Of a DNA stretch of 64,000 nucleotides, positions 25,986-39,550 are shown piece after piece. The notes under the pieces are model-generated. The model was given only the letters and a program-made list of their open reading frames with translations. It had not been told where the DNA came from and ran no database searches. Numbering within the stretch: position 1 is the first letter of the stretch; each line of letters opens with the position of its first letter. Source of the stretch: Bugula neritina. Lineage: Eukaryota > Animalia > Bryozoa. The stretch is from positions 19,203,700 to 19,267,699 of the forward strand of contig OZ037768.1 of assembly GCA_964035545.1 (NCBI GenBank), written 5' to 3'. A program made the translations under genes and the position numbers.

Positions 25986-26979
25986 ATATTGCTAGCATGG
26001 TATGAAACAAAGCTGGGAGCCATGTTTTCAGTATAGATGGCTATACATTGAAACTTGAATGGTTACATGACGAGTGAAACAAACTATAATTAGCTACAGT
26101 TGAACGTGGTTGGTAGTATCATTATTAGTGTAAAACTGAAAGCCCATCAGATTCAATAAAAAATCAAGTATCATTATTAATAAATTGAGATTTGAGTAAA
26201 TAAATAAATACCAACAAGTATATTTATATTGATAAAATTGGTATTACATTTACTATTACTATTAGTATTAATATTATATTTAATTTTATAATACTTGCAA
26301 TAACTTATTTCAACCTTACTAGTTATGGCTATGATCCTCAATATCCTTACACTATATTAATATTATCATTTATGATTATTGATTATTCACATTCACATTG
26401 TGATTGGGCTTGGCTACTAACTAGTACTAGTAACTAAGACCAAATCAAATGCCAGTCTAACTAAAAGTAAAACTGCAAATAATTTTAATTTAAATTTATT
26501 AACATTATAATTATTATTGTAATTTATAACAATACTAATAGTAATAATAATAGCAAAACTAATAGCCTATTAGTATTAGTTTAAATTTGATAAAATTAGT
26601 AGAGCTAAAGGCGTGAGTGATGAGATATTCACTTCAAGTTTATATTGATATTCACTTTTACTTTTAGTCACTCAGTAGTCAATACTCAATATCAATATGA
26701 ATATGAATAAATTGAAATTCAAACTAATGAGTGATAATCATAATTATAACGATAACAATTGGCTTTGCCATTATCATTATCATTATGATATTGATTATAA
26801 TTATGATTACCATTGCAGTTTGAGTATCAATATGAATATGAATATTACTATTAAGTATTACTATTAGTATCACTATTAGTATTAGTATAAGTATTAGTAT
26901 TAGTTACCAACACCGCAATTTTAATTTAGAATCAGAATGTGATTTTAACATCAATCATTATTTGTATCATTCAATCTCA

Positions 26980-27260
26980 AATTGGATAATAGATAAAATA
27001 AGTTTGAATTTGATCCTTGAAGTGAAACTCAAACTGAGAGTCAATAGCAAACCTTGCGATGCTGCGCTTGCAATGGCAGGGTATTTCCACATGTATAACA
27101 ATAATATTGTTAGGTAAGTGCAGAGCTGCAAGCACTGAAAAATAACTCCCGAGGAAATGTTCATTGATCGAAAGCCTTATCACCTACTCAGTTGTCTGTC
27201 AGTCAGACAAAGAAGACAACTCTATGCGCGTATCTAAATCCGCAAGCTCTCTAGCGATAT
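26980..27260. promoter_or_regulatory. Putative promoter/first-exon region of YTHDC2, head-to-head with the MS4A-like genes
   Basis: Locally GC/CpG-richer patch in AT-rich DNA; minus-strand donor at 27053 and plus-strand TAG|gtaagt near 27114. Confidence 0.35.
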
Positions 27261-28432
27261 CTATAATGACCAAAAATAATATATTGATTAATAACAACAT
27301 AATTTATTTTCAATGAATAGAACCACATATTTTATTTACTAATAATTGCAAAGTGAACTTATAGCTGGGACACTGCCAGAGAAGACAATATTGTTTTTGT
27401 TTGTTTAGTGATTAGCCATGTCCATGGCAATTTAAAACTTTATTCCCATATTCTCTTGTGGCTATATAAGAAAATTGTCAAATTAATATGGATGGTGTGA
27501 ACTCACTGGGTCATATGTTTTAATGAAATGCTTATTATAGTGTTTAATTAATTTATATTAGATTAAATTAAGCTTTGGTAAAGATCTGGTGCATGAAATA
27601 TATTTTGATTTAAAATCAATAATATAATTTATAATTATAACTAATTCACAATGCATATAAGATATTATGGCAATAAGTTGTGCTTTTTCTTTTCCTTTAA
27701 TTTTGAAGTTGTATGAAAATAGATCTAGTAAAAAAGCTGAAAATATTTTAAAACCCATATCAGCTTCAACAACAGGATGCTAAACATTACTTTAAAGGCA
27801 TTATTGTGATGACTTTTCCACTTATAGAATCACAAATTAAGTGTATATTCAGTGCTTAATTCTTAGTTCAAATCTCGCTGTTTGAAGGCTTTTTGCATCT
27901 GAGTTTCATCTGTGTGTTTTAAGTACTACTAGATGTCATAAGCATATTATCGTATTGCTATATATAGGTATTCTCAAAATATATAGCATACATTATGTTC
28001 ATCAAGTTTTTAACCGCAAATTCATATAACACTTATTTATAGACTTGTCTATAATCCTAAAAATGTTATTTATAAATCCATAATCTTTTTTAAAATGATT
28101 AAAATCACACTGGTATTTTAATGTCTCAAAAGATTCATGGATAACTTTTTAAAGCAACATTTGATATTACATTCTCTCTCTGACTTTTCTTTCAAGTCGT
28201 GTTCCTCTCAGGCTATAATATGTTAAGGAGTACTAGAATTTGCTCGAATAATCTACCCATAATTTTCAGACCTATATAATATAACATTTTGTTTTATTGA
28301 CAACATTGATTTAATTTCACAACCCAAAAACTTCTGAGAAAAGGTTCTTTCAACCAGATTGACTAATTGCTATGCAGAAAATAGTAAAAAATATCAAAAT
28401 TTTTTTAGCCACATTGACTATAGAGCTGCATA

Positions 28433-28437
<5 letters not shown>

Positions 28438-28518
<81 letters not shown>
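28438..28518. repeat. (TA)n microsatellite
   Basis: Direct reading. Confidence 0.97.
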
Positions 28519-28523
<5 letters not shown>

Positions 28524-28878
28524 ATATTTCTAGTTTTCAGGTAATATCGTAAACTCAATTGGCAGGTATATAGCATAATATACTGAAAGGCGTTGAGGTA
28601 AATATTATGAATCAGCAAGCGGACTTTTGTTGATTATATTATTTAAATTTGACATTATCATTTATCAAATAGCATACTATGGTCTTTGTTTATAGAACTT
28701 TATTAACTCTAGATAACATGCACACAATAATAATTTGCATGCATTTCTGTTATCAATAGTTATATATTATATTTTATCTTATCAGTCATCAAGTGGTTAC
28801 AGTGTTTTATTAATTCTTACAAAGTCATTCCGCATGACTAAGTCATTATTACCAACATTTCACGGCAATTAACCTTAA

Positions 28879-31800
28879 ATGGCTAAACTCAACAAAGCTC
28901 TGCTCACAATCTCCATCATCCAGCTTTTGCTTAGTAAGTATTTTTATATCATCCGATACAACATCATTTTACATTTTGTAATTAAAGGGTTGTCTTACTA
29001 GCTGAGGCAAACTTTTTTATCTTGTGTAACAAAAAAAGTTGAATCTAAACACTAAAATTTAAATTGCCATCTATAATAAATTTTCCCGTTTCATCACTTT
29101 TTAATACAGTTACTCACATACAATCTATAATAAGTTATAATTTTATGTGCTTCCAAAATATAATTTAGCTTTTAATTATAGAGTTTTAATTTTTTTAAAA
29201 GAGAGTCTAACTATTATGTAGCATGTTGAGGTCAACAGTACAAAATATGTCTAGACACAGAAAAATAAAGCTGTAATCATGGCTTTTATATAGTCACCAT
29301 CCCTGTGAGAAAACCCTTGACGGAAGGGTTTTTGGTTGAATTTGGCTAAGGACTCATTTAGATGAGGCACAAAAGCAATTATGACTAGACGATTTTCCTA
29401 ACATCAACAATGGTCTTTGTTGGGCTCAAGCCATGACTTCGTGTAATTACTAGGCAAACGCTCTAACTTCCTGAACCATGCACGGCTGCTTCCTTACAAC
29501 CATAGCTTTTATCACATATTCATTTATAATTTAACCACACCTTCATTTGATTTTATTACAAATTCAATTTTAAACTGAAAAGGTTTTCCTGCTTCTTCTA
29601 ATTGCTACAACATATTCTATAAACAAATATTGCAGTTTTGTTTTTACAAATAACTTTAGTCCTAGTTTTTACAGGGGGCAATTTTTTTAAAAATTCAGCA
29701 GGTTTATAAGCCTGCTCCATGTTATTAGAATTTCATTCTAACAAGTACATAATGAACTTTACTAGCTCCTACTTTATGTCATACCCATCATATATATGTT
29801 TCTTTTTATTAAAATCAAGAGTTTTTTGGTATAACTTTTCTAGTTTTCTTATAGTTCATGAAATGGCCTTGCACTATTGATTATTTCACAACCATCAAGT
29901 CAAACTCCTTGTGCAGTTGCAGTATATTTTACACTCTTTTAGCACAGCTGCATATGACAGAAACATTAAAAACGTGTGGCTGTAGTGTAGGTCAGTTTAT
30001 TGTAAATAAAGCTGGTTTTATTTGAAGTTATCGTTGAGTGCATTTACACTGCTAAATTTTTACTGATGCTGCTGGTATGGAATTTTTCACAACACTATAA
30101 GTATGGGCTGTTATAAAGTTGTTTTGTCAACAATACCTTTTACATAATAATCGGCCTTATTATTTTTTTACAGCATTGGCAATATTTGGAATAAATGGAT
30201 GGCTTCATAAAACTGTACGAATATCATATTTAGTTCTGTGGAATTATGGGACAGCATCTTTGGTAACTGACAATTATTTGTATTTCCTGCATATTTGTTT
30301 TAGATGTAACATGTACGCCATTTAAAATCAAATATGCTGTACACATCTATATTGTGTACAACAGCTAGGCTCTATATAACTCACCCAAGTTTATAGTCAC
30401 TATAGTGACTATAAACTATATCCCTGTGAGAAACCCCTGATAGAAAGTGTTTTTGTTAAAGCGGGCTAAGGACTTATTTAAATGAGGCACAGAAGCAATT
30501 ATGACAGGATGGATGCTCTTGCTAACATCACCAATGGCTTTTACTGCGGATAGAACCCATGACTTCGTGTTCACTATAGGCAAACGCCCTATAAACCCCT
30601 AGACCACCACTGCTCACTTAGCTAGGCTCTATATGTTATGTGAAATTATGTTCTATAAATTAAATATTCTTCAATTCCTTATAGTTTGCACTTTATAATA
30701 TGCTATATAATAGGGTTCAGCTGTGCCTTTGCAGAAATATATCTAATATAATTGCATAATTGCATGACTTTATTCTAAACTTTTATACCTGAAGTAATCC
30801 CCGCTCTATGATTACTGTTCTAGTATTTACTCACCAGTATTCTGGCTTTAACCGCTGCTGCCTCAGGTCACTCCTGCCCTGTAAGTACACAGTTGTATCT
30901 ACGTCTATACATAATGGTATATCAGTTAACTATACTTTTATAATGTAGTATTTGATCTATAGTAGTAATACACATAATAGTATATTTATTAACAACTTTC
31001 ACAGTATATATAGGTAATTTATCTACAGTATTTTAATGTACATAATAATACATCTACAAACAAATTATATAGTACCTATAAGTAGTTTGCTTAGTAGAGT
31101 TTATATATTGATATATCTAGCATCACAGTTATAGTAACTTAGTTTTTGACCAATTTTAAATAAAGAATACATTTCTATTGGGTTGTGAATTTCAAATACT
31201 GTAAGGCTGTTTTTGTTAGTGGGTGATTGAACAATTCTACTTCGAATTAAATTAAATTAATAAATATAAAGTAAAACACTAATATTTTAGGCAGAACCAT
31301 AGAAATGTATATAAAACTTAGTAGAATTTTAAAATCTACTTAGCCTGTTGTGGTGCCTGCTATAAAAAGTACAAAGTACACAGAGCCATATAGTTTTCAT
31401 AAACAAGTAAACAATTTTTTTAAATAATTATTTTGATAATGAACTAAATATAAGTTTTACCTAACTAACTTTCCCGAAAGCTTGCAATTTATAACTTTGA
31501 GTCAAATTTATAAATTCATAAATCATCGTATCATATTGCTAAAAGTTCATTGTATTTACTTTTTGTTTTAGCATTTTTCAGCAATTGTCTTCTCCACTCT
31601 CTCAGCCCTCTTCTCTCTCCTTTCTACAGTTCTAGTTAGCCTTGCTGTAACAGAAACTGGTGGTTTGCTATTGCTCTTTTCTGTACCCATTGATGGCAGC
31701 ATAAGAGATGTCCCCATACATCTGGTGTAAGTAAATTATTAAAGTTGAATTGCTGAACCTTATGTTTGTCTGGTAAACTGATTTTTATGCCAGTAAGTTC

Positions 31801-33394
31801 GAGTTTTTTATATATTCATAGTGGAGCAGCCGTGATCTAAGGGGTTAGAGTGTTTCCCTAGAGCACGAAGTCATGGGTTCGAGCCATGACAAAGGCCATT
31901 GATGATGTTAGGAAGATTATATAGTTGTAATTACTCCTGTGCCTCACTTGAATAAGCCCTTATAGCAAAATATAACAAAAACCCTTCACACCAGGGGTTT
32001 TCTCACAGAGATGGTGACTATAAACTTGTGTGAGTTTTTTATGAGTGAACCTGTAAATAAAACTTTGACTGTGCATAGGCAAAGTTAGATCATGCTACAT
32101 TACCTACAGTTGAACAATCTAAGCAAATTCAATAAAATCATGATAATGAAAATTATATGAATTTTAAATTCTTAAACTAGCTTTTGAAAAAAATTGTGAT
32201 TATTCTACTGTAGCACAGTATGAATAGAATAATAGAATAAGTTAGTATAGCACAGTTGAAGTCAGAAATGCAGCTTATTTAACTTATTTTATATTTATAT
32301 AAGTGCATGTACCGCTAAAAATATTCATATTTCTATAGTCTGTTCTTTCATATGAATATATTTTAAGTTAATCCAAACTAATTTTTATTTAGAATAAATC
32401 TCTGGATTGTGCTGGCAGCCATTAGTGGAGTCACGTTCATCTGTTTAATCTTGTTGTCCTGCTTCGCCTGCTTTGGAGTACTTCACACAAAGAATCAGGT
32501 AATTGCAATATACTTTGACTAGACTATAAGTTATAACATTGCTGTTCTGTAATAAACCACTTGCATTAATTGATGTATCCACAATAGCTTAGAGTGGACT
32601 AGAAATATTATCTAGGCCATAAATTGGCACAGAAATTCATAAACTTCAACTGATTTATGGGCAGAGATAAAGTTAAGACTTCCCAATAAGAATGTACTGC
32701 AAAGCTTTTTAGTAAATTATATAACTAGCTTTTTGATGGTGTCTATCAGGCTTTATGGCTTTTTACAAAGGGTTATAGGTACTTTACTGGGTTTATAACA
32801 CTACTTGAAGTGAGCTAAATTTTTTAATGCTGCATTATTTAATTTTTGACTGTAATAAAACTATATGCCTCCATTACTTCACTCCCACAACTTAATATGC
32901 AGATTTTAGCTTAAGGAGCAATGATTCTGACCAACCGATTGCATATTTTGGGATTTCCATATAAAAACTAAATGGTAGTTACCAATATAATATGTTGTAG
33001 GTAATAGCTATGTTTAGTTGCCAGTTTCTTGCAAGGCTATTTTTTGTTATATAGACATATGCGTACAATATATAACTATGGGATTTAGAGTGTTTTCTAG
33101 GTCCCATTCTTTGATTGTAATAATTATTTTTTATTTGTTGAAATTGTTTGATTTGGATTCTGCATTTCTTTCATATAACTGCTGCAGGTATCAAGCTCTG
33201 ATTCAAAGCCTAAGGCCCAGCCATCACAAACTGTCTCATCAAAACTGCAACCTCAACAGCCAACACCAGTACAGCCAACACCATGGCCACAGTCTCGTGT
33301 GCCACCCAAGTCATACCAGCCTTCTAAATCTAAGCAACATCCTTCTCAGAGGAGAGCAGTTGACTTGCCAGCTGACTATGTATATGCCCCTTAA
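28879..33394 (+). CDS. MS4A/CD20-like four-transmembrane protein, paralogue 1 (222 aa)
   Basis: Exons 28879-28933 (MAKLNKALLTISIIQLLL), 30174-30262, 30824-30880, 31572-31726, 32393-32498 (LWIVLAAISGVTFICLILLSCFAC), 33188-33394 (Pro/Gln-rich tail). Phases 1,0,0,2,0 give a continuous ORF with four hydrophobic segments. Family assignment is inferred from topology. Confidence 0.75.
29290..29493 (-). mobile_element. tRNA-derived SINE, family 1 copy B
   Basis: Reverse complement of the family; near-perfect TSD cat[g/a]gcttttat at 29278-29289 and 29501-29512. Confidence 0.85.
30378..30619 (-). mobile_element. tRNA-derived SINE, family 1 copy C
   Basis: Perfect 15-bp TSD agctaggctctatat at 30363-30377 and 30620-30634. 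Confidence 0.88.
31823..32036 (+). mobile_element. tRNA-derived SINE, family 1 copy D
   Basis: ggagcagccgtg..ggttagag..gggttcgagcc head, shared body and gtgactataaact..gtgagtt tail. Confidence 0.85.
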
Positions 33395-33764
33395 AGAAAA
33401 ACTTGAAAAACTAAATGAGAATATATACTGGCTACGCTGATAATCTTATAACAAGCTAATTGTCTAAGCTTAACATGTTTGCTCAAAGGAGTTTTGCTAG
33501 TATTACTTCAATTTCTATTTTCTAACGGCTTTCTATTTTTGTTGCCTGATTAGAAAGAATATTTTTTTCTGTAAAATAATTTTTATTGCTCATCCAATCC
33601 TGTGCTGTTTTTGTAGTAAATTCCATAGGTTAGATGTAGCAAAGTATATAGAGTAGTATATTGTAGTGTGTTATATAATAATTGAGTTGATAATGTTGCC
33701 ATGGAAACACACTATAGTCTCATTCAGCCTTACAGAATTCTGCTGCTTTGATGTATTCAACAGC

Positions 33765-33931
<167 letters not shown>

Positions 33932-34528
33932 TTCTAGCAAGTGTTTGTTAGGGCAAGTGATGAGTGAAGGTGAATGGTTAAACAGTAAAGTTATAAGTTT
34001 GCTATCAGCAGTAACTAATCACCCTAGCATCAGTTTGAATCTTAATCCTTGAGAACTTGCTAACCTATGGTATTCTCGAATATCACCGCAGTTTTCATAA
34101 ATAAGACTTTAACTGCAACCGCCTATTTTTTGTAGCAACTTTCAGTAATTATAATTCTAGTTGAAAATACAAATAAGCATGCAGAAAGCAAACTCAGTGT
34201 TTGTGTGAACTCTGTACGCACAATGGTTTGTGCTACCTAGTTTATTGTTATAGTATCTGCTATAACTCTATCGCAGCCACGTTTTAAATACAGTAGCCTA
34301 TATGCAAAAACAAAACTAACTTTTTATTAAGACTCTATCTATAATTTTGATTTACGATTTTATTGCTATCTTTATCTAACAAGAGTTATAGTAGGTTGCT
34401 CCAGGGTTTGTAGGTCACATGAAACCATTGGCTATAGCCACACCCATTATAAAACTAGCTGGTGACACAGCTACATGTAGTAACATTACAAAACTGGTGG
34501 AGCCTGCAGATCACATTATATATACAGG

Positions 34529-37500
34529 ATGGCAAGAGCTGTTAATGTTGGACTTTTAGTTTTGGGTGCAATTGAACTGATTTCAGGTGAGTCCAATTAC
34601 GTCAATTAAACTAGTGTAAGGTAAGTAAACTATGTCAATTGAACTAGTATAAGGTAAGTAAACTATGTCAATTGAACTAGTGTAGGGTAAGTAAACTATG
34701 TCAATTTAACTAGTATAATGTAAGTAAACTATGTCAATTTAACTAGTATAATGTAAGTAAACTATGTCAATTGAACTAGTGTAAGGTAAGTAAACTATAT
34801 CAATTGAACTAGTATAAGGTAAGTAAACTATGTCAATTTAACTAGTATAATGTAAGTAAACTACGTTAATTAAAAACTGTTTGGGAATGGCTACATACAT
34901 TTTTATAAGCCAGACTCAACACATTTTATACATATCTGACAAAATAAAACAAAAGCCGTAAAGTAACAAGTTTTTCATATGAATATCACTATAAGTACAA
35001 ATAGTACATGCATGGAGAAATGTTAACTGTGTAATGAATAGTAGCAGTGTGACTTATTAATGTGTTAAACTTTGTTAGCTTGAATTTAGCTGCAACAGTT
35101 TCTTTAATTAACTAGCTGTTGCTGACAGTTGAGTTCTATTCAAGTTCATCATGTTGCAGCTTTACTTCAAATTGGAGTATGTATCTGGGTGGCTACTGTA
35201 TCTGAAACCATCTCCCAGGACATCGTAACTCTTGGCAACCTTGCGGCAGCAGGCTTGGTGAGTTGATGTCTGTAATAAGATATACATTGTCTATAGGAAG
35301 CTAAATATTATCTGTTGTAGGCTATATATTGTATTTTCTATATAGTTATAGTAAACTATATAGGATTGTCTATAGTAAAATATATATGTTGTCTACAGTG
35401 ACTGATAGCTATATGTTGTCTATAATATAAGCTATATATTATTGTCTATAATAAGATAAATAATATTGCCTATAGCAAGCTATATTGTTGTCTATAGCAA
35501 GCTATATTGTTGTCTATAGCAAGCTATATTGTTGTCTATAGCAAGCTATATATTGTCTATAGTGAGCTATATATTATTGTCTACAGTAAGCTATATATTG
35601 TTGTCTATAGCAAGCTATATATTGTCTATAGCAAGCTATATATTATTGTCTATAGCAAGCTATATATTGTCTATAGTAAGTTAGATATTATTGTCTATAG
35701 CAATCTATAATATTATTGTCTATAGCAAGCTATATATTATTGTCTATAGTAAGTTATATATTATTGTCTATAGCAAGCTATAATATTGTTGTCTATAGCA
35801 AGCTATATATTATTGTCTACAGTAAGCTATATATTATTGTCTATAACAAGCTATTAGTAAACTATACAGTAAGCTACTAGTTATGTTTATTTAGTAATGC
35901 AAAGATTGGACACAAATTAGGTGCATATTACCATTATTTAGGAGAGGCATTGTTTAATATTATCATAATATCTAGTTTGAATGCTAAAGACGTTAACATT
36001 GTGTGTTATAAGTTTGAATTTTAATATATTTAGGGCAAGTCCTTATAATTTTTTCCTATCTTTGTGATAATATATGCCGGTGCTTAAAAATCCTATTTTG
36101 ACAAGTCTTATGCTGAATATTACAAAAGCTTTATACTATACCAAAAAGTGCTATCTGATGGTTCCTATTTTTCCCCAAAGCCTTTCATCTGATGTAACAC
36201 AATTTTATTCTATTTTCAGTACTCAACAGTTTCAATCTTAGCCATTACCTCTGGAAGCTCAGAGCTCAAGTGCTCAGTGAGTATAATTGATTATATTGTG
36301 TGTCCAAAATAACTTATGTTTACTTTTAGCTTAATATGTACAATTTCTATTAGAAGAACATCAAAATTTATTACATAAAAGGTCACTTTATAAGAAATTC
36401 ACAATAGAATTTACATGCAATAACAGAAATATAATATATTTTTGTTAGGTAACCAAGCATTCAGTTTATTAAAACAAAATGACCTCTACAAGGTAGGATG
36501 CCACTTTACCAGATTTTATTCCATAGAGATAATTTTTATCACTGAACTCTAGCCTTACTATAAGCAAGCCTTACAGATTTCAAAACCCCTGATTCACCAA
36601 GTTTTTATCTGATGTGCTATATCTTCAAGTGGTTTTAATAAGCGTCTATACCCACCTGTATTTTAATCCTTATCATATTTTATTTGTCTACACCCACTAG
36701 TGTACAGCTGATAGGGCAACTCAAACTTAGTATTCACAATTATTAGATGGTTTATATTTTGCATAGTTTCCAAATATTTTGTTATCACGTTTGCATGAAT
36801 TGAATTAGAGGAGCATGATTATAGCTTTTACTTTTACTTTTTACTTTTTCCTTTACATTTAAGCGCCAGCATTAGAGTTAAATGTGCTTAAGTTACATTT
36901 TTGTTATTTATTCTTCATTTAAATATTATAGTAAATTAAGTGCAGAAAAAATTGTGGTGTGTTGAAACAAAATTTAATTAAGGTGAAATCTAGACAAAGC
37001 TTTACTAAACTTTTTGCACTCGAAAATGGCAAACTTTCAGGCTCATAGTATTCAAATGAGTTTTACCATAACTCGGAACAATTCTACTGTATTAGTGGTT
37101 ATAATAATATTTCTTTTTTTCAAGCAGGTTTGCCTAATTGCCTTAATCCTAAACTTTAATATATTCCTAATAGATTATATTATAATATTATGCCCACTAC
37201 TACTTTACTCTTCTAATATCATGGATGTTGAAACTTGTGGAGTATATATTCATAATGACATTACTATGAGCACTACTCACTGTAATGCCTTTATTAAACT
37301 ACTTCATACTATAACTTAAGGTACTCTTTGATAGATTATGTCACTGTAACATTTACTGTAATGCTTTTAGTACGCAGCTACTGTGGTGACAGCTGTTGTG
37401 GGGGTTATTGTGGCCATGATAACAACAGCTGCTTCTTCCTTTGGACTTTTCACGGATTACAACTTTTTGTATGAAGCTTTCTCAGAAAAGCTCGGAAGCC

Positions 37501-39257
37501 ATAATAGTACTGAATTGTACAACAAGATATTCAGAGAGGAGTTTTATATTGACAACACTAATCTTGCGCCACTGTAAGTTATATTATTATAGCATGCTTA
37601 TTTACCTTGTTCAGAGTTGATGTAGTTGAATATTATCTTTCTATTCCACATATAGATATACTTTAAATAGTATATAATATAATAATTTTTATTACTAAAG
37701 GTGAAACATATCTGCAGGGAGAGGGTTATAAGTATTTACCTGCTTTATTTGGCTGACTTGCTATAATATACAATACCACCTATGTACATCTCTTGAGTAA
37801 AAGTCGTAACCAAGTTTTCACTTGAAAATTCTTTATGTTCTTTTTAAAGTATATTGGCTATGTTTTAATATAATGCTAATTTGTCAGCTTTGTATTTGTA
37901 TTTATTGTCATCCCCTGTTTATCATATGCAAGAAATTTTGTGTTTCAAGTTTGTTATTTCATTAGTTAATACTCTGATTACTGTATTTTTACTTCAATTG
38001 TGTATATTACATATTATGCAGTTAACACTTTAATAACAACAGTGTTTGTTTGAGAGCAAAGCTTTCAACACATTATTATAATAAATACTGCACATGACTC
38101 TCAACAAAATCCATGCTGACTTGCAGCATGTAGTGCAATAGACATATGCCCTCTCAACACAATGTTATTTTGTAGATTTGATCTGAGATTTGGAATGGTC
38201 ATAACAAATACTCTCAACTTATTGCTTCTCTTTACTCTTTCTATTGCGGCTTGTTGTGGACTATATAATAAAGCTAGCAGCAGTGAGGTAACTCCTAGAC
38301 TTAAATAGTAACCACTGTTCAACCTCTGGTACCTACCAGCTCAGCGGTTGTAGAATTATGACTTGTGTAGCTCATTATAAAACATGAAAATCTAACACGT
38401 ATTATTTTTATCGATTTTTAAATCAATAGTTTACAGGCTGTTTGGTATATTAAATATCAGTTGATATAATATAAATATTATACAACTAATACATATATGT
38501 AAATATTGTGTGCATGTTTAATGTTTAGTAAATAATGTCAGGCACTAAGTGTCATATTAGTTTTTATCCAGTGTTAAATATAAATAATTTAAAAAAGGCT
38601 ATTTATATCTGAAACAACTTTTCTCTAGAAATTTGATAACAATATTATAATATTGATTAAATAGTAATATTACAATGAAAATAACTACAAGTATAGTATA
38701 TTAAAATATTTATATACAAAGTCAGTCATTTGGCCAAAAAAATAATTCTCCCAAAATTAAAATCAAAAGCTGTTTTTAAAATAACGAAACTTTATTATGA
38801 TTTCTTTGACAAACTTTTAAACTTTTAACAAAATCATTGATAATTTTAATTTTTCAGTTTTGCTGTTAAAGAATAAATCAAAATGTATTTTGAGCTTTTA
38901 GAGTTCAGATTTCTTAGCTTTTCCATGAATTTAGTACATTATAATAACGTACTGTAGATGATATCGTAACTGTTTCCTATATATGCTAAATGAGAATATA
39001 GTTTTTCTTCAAGTATGCTTACAAAGGAAATTACTGTACAAAAGAAAAATTGTGCTTATATTACATAGTTCTGATTGTTGCTGCAGTTAGATGATGAGAA
39101 ACCATCTCAAAAGCCACAAGAGTATGATGCAGATTCCCCTCACTTAAGTCCATCTTCTAGACAGCCTGTGTACCCAGATCCACCAGGAATATACCATAAG
39201 AACAGCAGCTATTATAATGGTCCAATTAGTGAAGCTGACGCAGAAGATGGTTACTAG
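34529..39257 (+). CDS. MS4A/CD20-like four-transmembrane protein, paralogue 2 (232 aa)
   Basis: Exons 34529-34586 (MARAVNVGLLVLGAIELIS), 35160-35257, 36220-36276, 37371-37573, 38176-38287, 39087-39257. Same phases 1,0,0,2,0 and same 57-nt third exon as paralogue 1; LGAIEL resembles the MS4A TM1 LGAIQI; N-S-T sequon in the second loop. Confidence 0.78.
34587..34872 (+). repeat. 33-bp minisatellite carrying eight GTAAGT donor motifs
   Basis: GTAAGT at 34621, 34654, 34687, 34720, 34753, 34786, 34819, 34852. Confidence 0.9.
35280..35860. repeat. 21-24-bp minisatellite
   Basis: Many copies of ctatagcaagctatatattattgt in intron 2 of MS4A-like gene 2. Confidence 0.9.
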
Positions 39258-39329
39258 AACTATACTTTACAAAACAGTCTTTAAATTTTCTCAATTTATT
39301 TATTGTCAATATGATATATTTATATTTTT

Positions 39330-39550
39330 GGGAGCAGCCGTGGTTTAGGGGTTAGAGCGTTTGCCTGGTAAACACGAAAATCATGGGTTCGAGCCTGGAT
39401 TAAGGCCATTGGTGATGTTAGGAAGAGCATCCAGTCATAATTGCTCCTGTACCATATCATTTAAATAAGTCCTTAGTCTGATTTAACAAAAACCCTTTCT
39501 ATCAGGGGTTTTTCACAGGGATAGTGACTATAAACTTTCGTGAGTTTATT
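39330..39550 (+). mobile_element. tRNA-derived SINE, family 1 copy E (just after the stop codon of MS4A-like gene 2)
   Basis: Full-length copy with 15-bp TSD atatatttatatttt at 39314-39328 and 39551-39565. Confidence 0.88.

Noticed and set aside
33018-33440. 140-aa ORF as a standalone gene
   Set aside because: Out-of-frame overlap with the last exon of MS4A-like gene 1.
34621-34872. CRISPR-like array
   Set aside because: Contiguous tandem units without unique spacers, in a eukaryotic intron, no cas genes.
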